From: Fistulifera solaris
Taxonomy: Eukaryota
Length of the DNA stretch: 64,000 nucleotides
Direction of reading: 5' to 3'
Assembly: GCA_030295235.1 (NCBI GenBank)
Contig: AP026137.1
Span: 930,001 to 994,000, forward strand
The notes below the pieces were generated by a model. The model saw only the letters and a list, made by a program, of their open reading frames with translations. It made no database searches and was not told where the DNA came from. Below, in pieces: positions 12,601 through 26,000 of this stretch. The position numbers were made by a program, and so were the translations under genes. Each line of letters starts with the position of its first letter. Position 1 is the first letter of the stretch.

Positions 12601-12886
12601 TGTTGTCAAGTAAATAAGCTGAGAGACGTGCCATGTGGTCGTTCCGATAATGAAAAACGGTTCGAATAAAGTTTACGGTTCGCATTTTCGCAACATTTTC
12701 CCAACGGGCTTCGGATTTTGTGACAACAGTCATTTTTGTCTTTTCCAATAAGAAGGTTCTCATTTCGCCAGACTAGAGGGACGAATGAATATCCTTGTTA
12801 GAAATAGTCGCTCCTTTAGGTCCATTGTTTTGAACATTAGGACTTTGGCAGACAGAAAATGTAGATATTAACGTCGCTCTATCTGT

Positions 12887-14785
12887 TTATGATTCCGCTT
12901 CAGTTGAGGCCTTCTGTCGTTTGGCCGCTCTTTCTAATTCGAGCTCTTCCACCGAGAAACCGGGTCTTGTTGCAGAAAGCGACCCACTTAATAGTGATTC
13001 AATTGATGGAGGATTCGTGCTGTTAGCTTTCTCATTCTTCCGCTTTCCGTGACGATGGTTGGTCCTCGGAAAGTCACTACTAGGACCAAGAACACGCTTC
13101 GTAGAAAATCCTGGCGGTGGTTTCGGCCAAGACTTCGGCCTTTCAAGCAGAATATCCAAAGACGTGGCAGGGCGCATGAGCAATCGCGCTGTTGTTCCCC
13201 GCTGTCCATGACGATCTGTAGAAATCTTTCGCAGCATAGTTTTGCACAAACGCCATCCCATGGCGCCGAGATCTGTGGGAGGGTCAACCATGTCCTCGTC
13301 ACTTATTGCGTGAACGTAACGACGGCTAGCCTCAAGTGTATCAGGTGGTGGACTAGGGATTTCTTGTGATATATTCTCCAATGCTCTTGCGGCCGAATAA
13401 CGATCCTGAAACAAAACATTGCAGCTAAGATCACCAAGCCATTCAACATAAGATGGACCGTAAATGGAAAAGAATGCCATGATATCGTCAGTACGAATTT
13501 GTTTGAAAGCCGCCCAATCTATGCTGAAGATGTGAATCTTTTCAGGAGTCAATATCGGGGGTTCCACTTTCTCTCGAATGAAGCCCTCGCTTGGCTGGAT
13601 AGCAGAAGTATCGGGCCTTGGGACCTTCCATAATGTTGGCGGGGGATCTAATCTTTGCCCTCCTACGAAATTCTCTTTATCCCAAGCTTGTTCAATCGGT
13701 ATTGCCTTCTTCTCCGATGTCACGTCATCGCTCTTTTCCATTTCATCCAGCGCTGCTCCAAAACGCTTTCTCCGAGCATCCTGTTTGGCTTTTTCATTGG
13801 GGTCACTCAAATCAAGACCAGTATGAAAGCCTGCTTTCGGATTCGCGCGCAAACGGCGCTGTTGACTCCATGGCAAAAAAGAAGGCGGCTCTTTGTAGGG
13901 TAACCCAAACTTGTCGGCCCGTGCACGTGCCTTCTGGCACTGCTCCTCATATTCTTCAAGAAGAGCCTTTGTTTCTTCATCGACATCATTGACGCACATT
14001 TTGTTTGTGGCCGACAGGGAAGCCAAAACTGTGACTAGTTCGTCCTCCATGGGGCTCAAGCGAACATTTCTTACTTGAAGAGGAGCTGGTGCTTGACGAT
14101 CACGGACCGCGCGATTGCTGAAACCGACGTAACGAAACGGCAGTTCGTCATCATCCCCACGTCCACCGTGCAACGTATCTTGAAGAATGCCGATGCAGTC
14201 TTTTCCGGGAACATCCCCAATTCCCACGTAGAATCTATTGTTGTACTTTTTCCTCTTGCTGGTAGTACCAAGGGTATCTTCTTGTTCTTCGACTTTTGTA
14301 TCTTCAGCACCGTCTTTGTCGACTATATCTCCATCGGTTGTCTCGGCAGTTTCTCGTTCTTCGGCTTCTTTGTTATTCATTTCTTGATTCTCTTCTTCTT
14401 CTACTTCTTCAATAACTAGACACGCCCAGTAACTGACCCATGAGTTCTCTTCGCACACTCGACTCGGAGCAATTTTGACAATGTTTCTTCCTCTCCGCAG
14501 CGTCGTTCGCATGTTCCCTTCGTCTCCCAAACACGCCTCGTACACAATTTTCGCATAACCCGCTCTCGGTGAAAATGCTAGAGCGAGACTTTCTCTGGCT
14601 CTGGCTTGAAATTGACAGCAGATCGCGTTGGAAGCAACACAAAGGTCGGGATGAAAATGTTCGGTCGACCAGCGCGTTTGGGGGACAATGCGCACGACGC
14701 CCTGCGATTGTATTACGCCGGCGGAGTCGGCTTCGATGCGGCACGTTGAGACGCTATTGTATACAATCTCTTTATCTGAAGGCAT
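12887..14785 (-). CDS. NCBP3-like (DUF2414 RRM) protein with an N-terminal farnesoic-acid-O-methyltransferase-like beta domain
   Basis: IRTDDIMAFFSIYGPSYVEWLGDLSCNVLF; ARADKFG and RRKRFG motifs; N-terminal YEACLGDEGNMRTTLRRG..WVSYW. Confidence 0.65.
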   Translation of the reverse strand: MPSDKEIVYNSVSTCRIEADSAGVIQSQGVVRIVPQTRWSTEHFHPDLCVASNAICCQFQARARESLALAFSPRAGYAKIVYEACLGDEGNMRTTLRRGRNIVKIAPSRVCEENSWVSYWACLVIEEVEEEENQEMNNKEAEERETAETTDGDIVDKDGAEDTKVEEQEDTLGTTSKRKKYNNRFYVGIGDVPGKDCIGILQDTLHGGRGDDDELPFRYVGFSNRAVRDRQAPAPLQVRNVRLSPMEDELVTVLASLSATNKMCVNDVDEETKALLEEYEEQCQKARARADKFGLPYKEPPSFLPWSQQRRLRANPKAGFHTGLDLSDPNEKAKQDARRKRFGAALDEMEKSDDVTSEKKAIPIEQAWDKENFVGGQRLDPPPTLWKVPRPDTSAIQPSEGFIREKVEPPILTPEKIHIFSIDWAAFKQIRTDDIMAFFSIYGPSYVEWLGDLSCNVLFQDRYSAARALENISQEIPSPPPDTLEASRRYVHAISDEDMVDPPTDLGAMGWRLCKTMLRKISTDRHGQRGTTARLLMRPATSLDILLERPKSWPKPPPGFSTKRVLGPSSDFPRTNHRHGKRKNEKANSTNPPSIESLLSGSLSATRPGFSVEELELERAAKRQKASTEAES

Positions 14786-15086
14786 TGTTGTAAAGCAACT
14801 GTACCTGGTAATGAGGAAACAAAACAACAAAAGGATTGCTATAACTTTGTGTGGTTGTTGTCATGGCATCAATAATTATTGCAAGTCGTCGCAGCAAGTG
14901 GTGAGTATGTGCTTAAGTGTAGTCGCCTTTTGCTTTCAACGACTGACTTGATCCAATTTCAGTCCCGAACTCGGCGCCTTCCTTTTCTTCATCGCGAAAT
15001 TGCTCCCAAATACACAATCCTCTACCAACTCCTCTACCAACTAATGAACATAGTAAGTATATAACAGGCGACTAAAGTTATAGTAT

Positions 15087-16442
15087 TTAATCTCTTTGCT
15101 TGGAAGCCAAAGGACCCAAGAACTTGTCCTTCTCTTCGGCAGTCTGGAAACGACCGTGACCCAACTTGCTCGAAGTATCGACGAATTTGATGTCGATGGT
15201 CTCCAAATGCTTGCGGCTGGAATGCTTCATCAAACTCTTACGAAGAATGATGGCTCTCTTCTTCACACCGACAACGGCACCCTTGAGCATGACCCAGTCA
15301 TCGCGGATTTCACCGTAATGCACAAAGCCACCCATGGGAGTGATACTCTTCTTGGTCAAATCAGCATCCGTCTGGCACGAAGCTTCATCTCCCTTCTTTC
15401 CAATGCGGTAAATCTTCTTGTTCATTTCGGTACGGTGGTGGTATCCGTTTTGACCCGCGCGAGCAACCGTCGTGCTCACACGAGAAGGATGCCACGATCC
15501 GATACAGGCGACCTTACGCAAACCACGGTGGGTCTTACGGGGCAGACGAGACACACCCCAACGAGTAACGACACCTTCGTAACCACCACCCTTGGTGACG
15601 CCGATGACATCGACATTTTCGTCCTTGGCGAAAACACTATCGACCGGAACTTGCTTCTCGAACAAGTTCTTGGCGAAATCAACTTTCGCAGCGGCGTCTC
15701 CTCCGTTGATCTGAATCTCCATAATGTGGGCCTTCTTCAAGCGCAAGCCGTTGAGTCCCTTGACTTGGGAGTGAGCAATCACACGGACCACCGTGCAGAA
15801 TTTCTTGATGCGCTCGAGTTCCGCATCAATTTCCTTGCCGCCGTCTTTCTGGTACTTGAGTGCGTACTTGGTGTAAGCCTTTTTCTTGCTCTTGTACCAG
15901 TTCTTGTAGCATCGGCGCTTGAACTCTTCCGAAAGATGCTCGGCAAAGACAGTGGTCAAAGTACGAAGACCCTGAGGGGTCTCGACGTATCCAACGACTC
16001 CGACCACCACCATGGGAGGAGTTTCAATGATACTGACCGCGTCCACCACTTCCTTCTTGTGCATGAGGGCACCCGGACGGTCCACTCCACGAACAACGTG
16101 CGTCATACCCGCCTTGTAACCACGGAAGGCCGTCAAATGGGGCGCTTCCTTGGCATCATCGCGGGGGAACGACTTGATGCGTCCAGCATGGTGTTTGGTG
16201 CGCTTCTTGGGCAAAAATCCCAAGGATCCGCGGCGGGGGCTTCAAACTTACGGTGCGACCTGAAAATAATTGAGAAAAGGAATGTCAGGAAGGTGCAAAA
16301 GGAGACGGTGCAAATTGGATAACTGGATAAGAATCGCTCCGAAAAGAAATTGCGCGAAGCTTTCTCCTCTCCTTCGTCCTCTATTTCGCGACTATTTTGA
16401 CGATCCTTAATGATTTCGATAAATTCAAAAGAAGACTTACAT
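15087..16442 (-). CDS. RPL3: 60S ribosomal protein L3
   Basis: Reconstructed [21 protein letters not shown]; start codon split AT|G by intron 16260-16440; one C missing in run at 16235-16239. Confidence 0.98.
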
Positions 16443-16884
16443 GGTGTAGCTTGCAAACAACACAAAAGTTGATTTTGTTTTGCTTGTTATTATTGCGATG
16501 CTTGGCAAAAAAAACGGTGGGAAGGTTCGACGGATCACATTTTTTAGTAAAGCGATAACCGCTAACTGACTGGTTCACGAATAGTTAGTCATGTCACTTG
16601 TCACGTACTTGCCGAGCCATAGTATTGAAATGTCACGAAAACGTCATCCTCCACAAATGAGAATGATGAGGTGTTGAACGATTTTTCGGCATCGCCTCGT
16701 TGTAGAGTCATCCCATTGGCATCGTTCTTTTGTTGTTAATTGCTAAAAGTTCATTCATTAACCGCAAGTTACTGCACTTCAACTACTCGTAAAAGGGGAC
16801 TTGAGCAGTTATTCCCTGGTTGTTTTCATGTCGAAAATTGAAAGCAAAACGACACATCGGCAGCGCCGAGACGAATCAAGGAAC

Positions 16885-18497
16885 ATGGCGTCGTCAAAGA
16901 GACGCGTGCCAAGTCAACGGTCCGGTGGATGGCAAGCTTTTGCTTTACTGACTCTTCTTTCGTGGAGTGGTTCTGTGTTATGTTTTGCGACACAACATTC
17001 CACAGTACGTCCGCTATCACATCTACAACAACCACTCACAACCAAAGGACGCATTCGAAATCCCATTTTTGCAGCCGTGCCGACATCCGACGATGCTAAC
17101 AATGAATCAACTACTCCATATATTATACCACCCGGTGGAGCTCACATCATTCCCCGAAAATTAGTTTTTGATGATCTCGATAAACGCTTACTAAAAATAT
17201 CCCTCCCCGTGATTGCCAACTTTGCCATCTCGCCCTTGATTGGAGCGGTCGATTTCTTTTGGGTCAATCGGATGGGCAATCCTTTGGCAGTAGCCGGTCA
17301 GGCAGCGGCCAATCAAGTCTTCAATAGCATCTTCTGGATTGCTTCCTTTCTTCCCTCGATTACGGCTATTTTGATTTCCAAAGAAAATGCGCGCGGAAAC
17401 AAAGAAGGCGTCCGCGATGCGGTGTGTCAAGCGATTTTTGTTGGTATTCTATTTGCGGTCTTTTCCACGACGTTGATGATGGCGTTTCCCGAAAAGGTGT
17501 TGAGTGCGGTTCTGGATACCAGCGCCCCAGCATTGGCTTACGCCAAGCCATACCTCATGATACGAGCGCTCGCATCGTTACCAGCGTTAATCAGTCTGGT
17601 GGGTTTCTCGGCCTTTCGGGGTATTTTAGATACCGTCACGCCGGTCAAAATCAGCTCCTTTGCCAACCTGTTCAATGCTGTTTTGGATCCTATTTTCATT
17701 TTTACACTGGCCATGGGCGTTCCAGGAGCTGCACTGGCCACGCTCGCGTCCGAGATTGTTTCGGCCGTTTCGTATCTGACGCTCATGAGGAAACAAAAAT
17801 GGTGGAGATTCGAAGATTGTTGAAAATTCCTTCCTGGAAACAATTGTCACCTCTTTTGAAAGGAGGAGCGGCATTACAACTTCGCAACATTAGTCTCAAT
17901 CTTACGTTCCTTGCGGTGACACGCGCCACGCAAGCGATTGATTCGAGAGGTATCGCGGCCAACGCACACGCCCTCTCCATTCAGACCTTTCAGATCGGCG
18001 GGATTGTATTGCTTGCTCTCAGTAGTGTCGCACAGACCATCGTTCCTAATGATTTGGAAGTGGGTGGAAAGAGGAATGCCAAGATTACATCCAACCGCAT
18101 GATGCGATGGGGTATTCTCTTAGGTGCAGCGCTCGGTGGACTGCAAATGGCGCTGCTTCCCTTTCTCATGAAGACAACTCCACTGGAAGAAGTGTGTGCA
18201 GCGGCCCGTGTCCCTGCTACCTTGAGCTGCTTGTATCAAGTCATTAATGGTATGGTATTCATTGGGGAAGGAATCATGATTGGTACTGGAAGCTTTTTGC
18301 AGCTCTCTCTTGGTACAGTCGTTGCAACAGCTGGAGTATTATGGGCTCTACGAGTCTTTCCGCCCACAATGGGTTTGACGGGTGTCTGGATTGGTTTTGG
18401 AGTTTTCAATACCCTGCGATTGCTAAGTGTTTTAATACACCAGCTAGTCAATGGACCATTGGCGCCGAGGAACATTGAAGAAGCTGGGGCAAAGTAA
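16885..18497 (+). CDS. MATE (DinF-like) transporter, probably plastid-targeted
   Basis: ISPLIGAVDFFWV, FRGILDTVTP, NAVLDPIFIF, GVPGAALAT; frameshift near 17800; signal peptide followed by FAT. Confidence 0.9.
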
Positions 18498-18649
18498 ATT
18501 TGTGCTTGCTGTTCAATTAATAACTATCAAAATGATATATCACGAGCATGTTATGCTAATTCGCAACTACTTAGCGTACGAGGGATGGAAAAAGTGATGA
18601 GTCTGTACCATCCTACCAATGTACCCGTTGATGAAAGTGTGACGTGTGA

Positions 18650-21559
18650 TCATCGATACGATCTATAGGATTCATTTTCTTTGTCGAGACGTGAGCGACT
18701 TGATGATGATTGGTGCAGCTGATTAATGTACGAAATGTTCGAGGTCTTGAGGCGGCGCTCAGTGCGTTCAAGGTCCTTTTGGCGATCTTTTCTCTCTTTA
18801 TGAATTCGCTCTTTCGCCGCCTCGTATTTCTTGGAAAGGACCTCGTTGTCGTACTTCATCTGACGAAGCTGCTCCTGCATCTCCTTATTTCGCGTTTCCT
18901 GAGACCGTAAGCGGCGTTCGATGCTCTCAGTTTTCGTGGACTCACTTTCTTTGAGAAGTTGAAGCCCTTTCTCTTTCTCTTGAAACAAGCGAGCCAACTT
19001 CGACATGTCGGAAAAGATATTTTCGAGACTATCTCGGAGTTCATGATTCATTTCTTCAGAGCACTCTAAATCTTGCTCAAGTCTATCGAGAATGCTCTTT
19101 CAGCACCTTTTCATTCGAAAGTGCTGATTGGTTCGAGTGCTTCAGTGATTCAAGCTCAGTGGACAGTCGAAGAAGATCTGAGTTTTTCGATTCTAAAGCC
19201 GCAGTCAACTCGAAATTCTGTGTTTTCAGTTCTGCGCATTGTCGCATTGCTTCATCCAGTTTGTCGTCCGTGCCAAGTTTGCTCTCGCGACACTCCTCTA
19301 AAAGACGGTTGTATTCATCTCTTTGATTTTCTGCCTCTTGTACACGGAGTGACAGCTCATTGACATGTTGTTCCGCTCTATTGCGTTCTTTTTGGTGTAC
19401 CGCTATTTGCTGCTTCGCTTTTAACTCCATGCAATACGCGTTGTCGAGTTTTTGTCTCTGGAATACAATCGATTGTTGATTTACTTGACGCTCGAGTGAC
19501 TCACATGTCTCTTGAAGAAGTCTTTCGCGCTGACGCAATACGTGGAGCTCTTTCTGTTGCTCGTCAATCTTTCGACGGCCATGTGTGACTAGTTTTTGAT
19601 GCGCATTATCCACTGACAGTAAGGAACCTAGCAAGATATTTTCATTTCCGTTCCGTGCCATCGTTAACAACAGACAAAGCTTACGTGAAACACTTTCTCG
19701 GCTTACGTTGTAACAAAAGGTATTGCTCATAGCGTCGCTTTGTCCTGACACAAAATCATTCACCGATTTAATGATCCTCTGTTGTCGACTCGTTGGCTGA
19801 CATTCGCTGGAGGCACTCACGAGGGTAGCGAGCAGGCACGCGGTTGAGCTCCGAACGAAGACATCAAATCCTTTGCTCTTTACGTCGTCTTCGACCAGGA
19901 CACATGTCTCGTCCATGCGCGATAAGTTGTTTGCCGGGGTGTGCTTTGTTCGGACTCGAAGCTTTGATTAGAGTAAACAGCTGCTGCGATGTCCATTTTC
20001 TGCATTTTGGTTTTTATTGAGCAGATCAGTCGTTCGAATGTTTCCCCAGGTAATGCCTCCAAAACCTGCTCACCGAAAGACTGGCTCGCTTTTGTCGCAT
20101 GAAATACCATATCAAGAAGACATATCGTTTTTGCTGTATGATAATCAGCCGACATTGAAAGGGATAAGTTTGAAGCGGCCATGTCAACCCACTGTATGAT
20201 GCTTCTTGTATCAATCGATTCCTTGACCGTGTAAGCAAGGCCACTAGAAAGCAGTTGGTCTTCACCATTTCTCAAGATGCGGCTGTACAACCCTGCGGCC
20301 CAAATTGAATCCTCCGAGTCAATCTGATTCCAAATGTTGCGGATAATATTTCCAAATGAGCGAGCAGCATCGTTGCGATCAATGATTTCATCCAGGTACT
20401 GCAAGGTCGTGTGCCCCATCACAAAATACATCGAGTAGAGGGTTTGCAAATTCAAATGCACTGTGCCAGTACTTGGTTCCTCAGCTAACCTAGACCAATC
20501 CCTCTGTAGCCTTTGTTGAACTAACGGATGAGCTGTCACTTTGTTCTTTAGGGGCTGCAATGTCGATCGGAAGAGAGTAACCAGTGAATCTTGCGCCCAT
20601 TGGAATATCGAAAGGCCGAACTGTTCGGAGAATGCAGCCATTACAACAGCGTCAATAGCATCGTAGATACATGAGTATTGATCCATATCTTCGGGCCGCT
20701 CGTGTTTACCTTGTATTTCCGACAAGGCGATGCACAACTGGAAACACTTCAACAATAATCGTGTGCAGTTCGTTCCTAGCATGTTGGCATCCTTGAGTCG
20801 CGATGCCTCTTTGACCAAACTCTGCATGAACTTTTCAAAGAACTGCTCATTATACAAGTAGGTCCATCCGTGCTGTTGATGTTGAAGTAGTTGAGCGAGA
20901 AAGCATGCGCACGTCGCTTGCCATTCTTCCATCCGTATCAGGTTCGAAAATGTTTTGTCGGTGCATTCGGGTGCTCCATGAAGATCACTTCGGTTCATCG
21001 ACTCGACGATGAACTTGATAGTACTCTCCCATTTATCATCATTCATATTGGGAATCCACCAGCCCGTGTCTTCATCGTTTGGTTTCAAGCAGGTGATGAC
21101 TATCTGCAAGCGATCGAGCGCTTCCCAAATTGTTGTTAGCGTGGACAATGCAGCAACACGTAAATGAAGAATGTTACACAAACTGAGCTCCTCTAGTAGC
21201 GAAAGAAATAGTTGCTTGTCACTGTTTTCATTTGGGTGGACTGCGGCCGCGTATACCAGTCGAACGTCACAGTTCTGCAAACACTTGTTGACCAGCAGCA
21301 AGCCCAGCGCCATTACAGCATCATTTTCCGAATTTCTCGCTCGAGTCGTATAAAGCCAATCGACGAGACGCAATATATGCGTCAGTTTCCAGTCCATCGA
21401 CGAGGGGAGAGTAGTAATCAGTTGAGGAAGACGCTGCTCCAGTGCTTGTGCATTCGCCATTTCGAGTTGCTGCAGCAAAATGTCGGGTGTATCAGGGTGC
21501 GACAAGGAGGTGTCGCGCCGTTGTTGCGTGTACGGGTTGGTGTAGGAGAACGAATTCAT
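18650..21559 (-). CDS. Large hypothetical protein: helical N-region + C-terminal coiled coil
   Basis: Three consecutive ORFs joinable by homopolymer frameshifts near 19935 and 19100; heptad Q/E/K/L-rich C-terminus. Confidence 0.6.
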
Positions 21560-22032
21560 TGTTGCGGTGTTTTGGTTATGAAATTGTCCTAGGGAAGATA
21601 GCTTTGATGTTGAATTGAGTTGCGATGAAAGTCGCTTGCATGATTGCGTGTCGATGAGGTTGTGGTAATATTGGTCGCCCGCCCGGCAGTCTGATGTGAA
21701 CTTCAACGGACACATATTGTTAAGTAAATATATCGCATTTCATCTGTTGCACTATGCTATGAGGTAAATTGTAGTCTCGTTTTTGCTACCGGTACTTAAT
21801 AAATGCCGCTGAACGCTGAACCCTCTCGACGAATTATTGGGATTGGCACTTTGGTACCGTACCGACTTGATGATGAATGTCGGTTCCCTGGCTGTCGCAC
21901 GTCCCACCCTTTGTTTCTTTTTTTACCTGCAAGACGTAAATAAAAAATTCGATTGTGATAGATCCTTTTTAACCTTTATTATTGAAACCGTTCTTAGCAC
22001 ATCTGCACAGGGCTGCACAGGGCTGCTAGAAA

Positions 22033-22965
22033 ATGGGACCTCCGACACTGTGGCAGAGTTTTCGACAGATCATCGGACGCGCGATGCGAGAAACAGGACA
22101 AGCGATGGATCGTGTCGGAGTTAAAACTGCCATGTTAGCCGTCACTAAACATGATTTTTACGACGATCCAGTACGATTTGAAGATCATTTAAGTCGTCAC
22201 CGTCAACTGTTTCCGTTATTGACCGCGGGAAGACCTGTCGTACATCCAGAAGTGGCATACATCGCACCTTGCGCGACATTGATAGGGAGCGTTCGTGTCG
22301 GGCCCGGAAGCAGTATTTGGTATGGAGCTATTATAAGAGCGGACGCTTGCGAAAATGCCGAATCCTTCAAAAAGACGGATGAAGAAATACTGGCGGAGGA
22401 ATTGGAGACTTGGAAACTGCCGGAGAAAGACAACAGGGACGACTCTCTCACAGGAGGCGGAGTTTACATCGGAGAAAACACAAACATTCAAGATGCTTGC
22501 ATAATTACGGCCAAAGCAGATCACTGTCGAATAGGAAACGGGGTCACGGTAGGCCATTTAGCACAGATACATAGCGCAACCATTGAGGATTTTTGTTTGA
22601 TTGGAATGGGGTCCATTATTCAAGAAGGGGCGACTATCAGCAGGGAAACACTCATTGCTGCTGGGACAGTTGTTACAAAGGGACAAGTGATTGGTGCAGG
22701 AGAGCTTTGGATGGGAAATCCTGCTAGGAAGGTTCGTGATCTAACTGACAAAGAGAGAGAACGTTTACATTATCAAAGCAATGAGTACGTCACGGTTGCT
22801 TTGGGACATCAAGGGACTATGCAGCTGGGAGGAAATCTTTCCGAGTCAATGCTACTGTCTCAGGGGCAAGTGGATGATTCACAAGTCGGCGAACGAGAGG
22901 TGGAACAGATCGATTCCACATCCATATCTAAAGAGTCTGTTCCTGTGGCTGCTTCGAATCCATAG
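22033..22965 (+). CDS. Gamma carbonic anhydrase-like protein (mitochondrial complex I type)
   Basis: GRAMRETGQAMDRVG, LSRHRQL, hexapeptide repeats, VTVGHLAQIH, ELWMGNPARKVR. Confidence 0.9.
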   Translation: MGPPTLWQSFRQIIGRAMRETGQAMDRVGVKTAMLAVTKHDFYDDPVRFEDHLSRHRQLFPLLTAGRPVVHPEVAYIAPCATLIGSVRVGPGSSIWYGAIIRADACENAESFKKTDEEILAEELETWKLPEKDNRDDSLTGGGVYIGENTNIQDACIITAKADHCRIGNGVTVGHLAQIHSATIEDFCLIGMGSIIQEGATISRETLIAAGTVVTKGQVIGAGELWMGNPARKVRDLTDKERERLHYQSNEYVTVALGHQGTMQLGGNLSESMLLSQGQVDDSQVGEREVEQIDSTSISKESVPVAASNP

Positions 22966-23050
22966 CTTGTACCTCCCAATTCCAACGCCCAACTCGCTTT
23001 GGCTTATAAAACTATGAACATAGATTAATTGGTACCTGGTACTCATTTTA

Positions 23051-26000
23051 TTATTTATTTTTCTTTTGAAAACCAGCCAATACCGATTTCGACCACAAAG
23101 ACGACCCGGACTTGTTAGGTTGTGGGGGAGTGACACGCCGACTCGCTCCCGGATTGTCTGTCACGGCAAAATTGCTTCTCGATTGACTATTCTCCGAAGT
23201 GGCGCGAAAGACAACATGATTAAATGAAATGCTGGTACTTTGTTGATGCATTCGCGTCTCTGAAGAAGTCGCAGCGCCCGTTTTAACAAACGAGGTGCGG
23301 CTTTTGGAACGACGATTAGCCTGCAAAGCGATAGCAAGACTTCCACCGGCCTGAAAAACTTCCCCGAAAATTCCCTTTTTCTGTCGCTTACTTCCACTGG
23401 TCTCCGATGCAGATTTACTAGCAGTCGATGACACGCTCCGCTTTCTCGCTAGTCCGTTCTAATGCGCCAATGTTAGAAACGTCAAGTAGTTACAATTGTA
23501 CGGACGCGATCGACGTACCTTCATTCTCTGTAAATCAGCCTTAATCATTTCATCATCGTCAATCAACTTAGACCGAGAGAATTCTTCATCATGTCCATGG
23601 GCATCTATCAGTCGCTGCATTCGAGCACGTTTGGAAAATCGCTTTGCGAGCCTCTCTTGTTCACGTTCTTCTTCTGTTTGCTTATCATCGTGCTCTCCGT
23701 CCCCTGATTCTTTTTCGTCGTCCTCCTCGTCACTTGAAAAATCTTCCTCGACCTCGACAGAGCTTCTGTGCAGAAAACGATCTTTGAGCATTTTGTCGAG
23801 AAGCGCGTTCTCGTCTTCTTCCTCATCATCGCTGTCCTTTTTTACGGCTTCATCGTCGCTGTCGAGCTCGTCATCATTCAAGAGACCTAATCTTTTTGCG
23901 TCCTCGCGATTGTCAGCTGCCACAAGCTGATCGAACCTATGAATACCGCGAGCACTTCCTCCAGCAATGCCACCGCGACGGCCGTCATAACCATCTCGCA
24001 TCCTTCGAAGAATTTCTTTGTGGCGTTCTTTCTCTTCTTTCTTCTGCTGCTCCCTTCTTGCCCTTTCACCAGCGTCTTCGTCACCTTCATTATCTGATAG
24101 CTCATCAACGACATCATCCATATCTTCATCATCGTCGGGAAGATTGTCTTCGTCCTCTTCATCGTCATTCTTCTTCTTGTGAATCTTGAAACCGAAATCC
24201 TCGAGTCCGGCAACTTCCTCTTCCTCCTCTTCTTCGGCTTCTTCTTCGACGAGACCACCTTTGCCTCGTTTCTTAAGTCGCTTCAGCTTTTCTTCTTCGC
24301 GTTTAAGCATTGCCTTCCATGCAGCGTTTCGCGGTCCCTTCGGCTTTTCAGGCTCAGTCTCTGTATGATCCCCTATTTGAGTTTCTTCTCCGTCTTCACC
24401 AGGATCGCTGTGCGCTTCCCCATCGTTATCATCGTTGCTTGTGGATTCTGCGAGTGTCACTTCAGCCGAGTCATCGTTACTGTGAATATTTGAATTCTCT
24501 TTGCTCTCGACAAGGTTTACGGCGATTCTGATTCCGTCGCCATCTTCGTGATCCACCTGATTCGACGCGGAAACAGATGAAGTATCAGTGGGAGGAGCCG
24601 GTACCGCGTCGTGTTCATCCGCGACACTACCAGCGACCTTTTTACTTGCTGACTCGACCTCATCCTCGTCAAGGTGACTTGTTTCGTCGACAGGGTTGGA
24701 GTCTGATGTGAGAACGCCCATCTCGCGGGCCATGGCGATTTCTTCGTCCTCTCCGTCTTCGTCCGTAGGCTTTTCGTCGTCGTGATTTTCGGGACTTTCT
24801 TCGTCATCGGGTGGGCTCTGCTGCTCCTCCTCCTCTTCTTCGTAATTCACACCGAGCTGCAACAAACGTTCTTGTCTCAATTCGCTTTCCTTCAAACGCT
24901 CCTGCTCTCGTGCCAGCTGCAACTGCCGCTTTCTTTCTTCAAGCTGCACACAATCTTGGATATGTTCCTGTTCGTTCTTGTAGCCCAATTCCTGGGCGAG
25001 CCACAAGTTACCCATTTTCTGATGCTTCGATTTCAATTGACGTTTCAAATTAGCAAGACTGCGGTTGGGTGAGATTGCGGGCTCCTTCCGGTGACCAGCC
25101 AGTTTAGGACTCGACAACTCCAACAACGACAAAACATCTCTCTTGACCTTTTTCGGACTGTTACGTGTCACCATAAGCGTCTTGGTTGGGCCAGTGATTT
25201 CAAGATCATCGTCGCTATCACTATCACTTGAATGGTCGTCATCGATAGGTACCTTGTCGGTCGTGTTGTCGATGGGATCTGCTTCGGGCTTGTTTGCTTG
25301 TACTGTTTCTACGGGCTCCGGTTTGATAATTGGCTGTGCCTGCAGTACATTCCATCGCTTCTGATCCAATTTTTGCCACAAGCTCACACGGTTGGATAGT
25401 CGCTCGCGCAATTGATCGTCCGTTTGAGTTTCAAACTTGGCTGCAATTTGTTCCGCGCGCTCCTGATCTTTCGATTCATACTGTAGCTCTTCATTGCGTA
25501 CACGCAATTCTTGCATACGCTTTTTGCGCAACTGCTCTGCTTGGATGCGTAAAGCTGATTTCTGTAAGCTTTTGTTGAGCTTCTTACGCCGAGTCCTTTC
25601 GCTGGCTAATCTGCGTGTTCGTTTCGTTGCGACCGCTCGAGTTCGTTTTGCTTTCGATGCACGCGGCTTGCGAGCGTCCGGTTCGTATTCGTCGTCGGCG
25701 TCTCCAATTTCTTCTTCCTCTTCTTCGCCCGAAGCCTCCTCCTCACCATCGTCTCCTTCTTCATCAGAAGAGTCGTCCTCCTCGGAGCTTTCGTCCGACT
25801 TTTCCTCTTCTTGCTGGCGCTGCCAAGCGGTGATGAGTTCAACTAAACGCTGACGGACGGCCTTCTTGGTGGCTTTATCCAGCGGCACTCCGAGTCTCTC
25901 CAAAATCTGTTTGACGGTGACGGATCCTTTGTCGTCGACCTCATCAAAAAGCTTATCGGTAGCCATCAAAATCTTTTCCAAGGACGGGGCTTCATCTTCA

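Noticed and set aside
15096..16322. 408-aa ORF antisense to RPL3
   Set aside because: Shadow of strong codon bias in a highly expressed gene; no recognisable protein features
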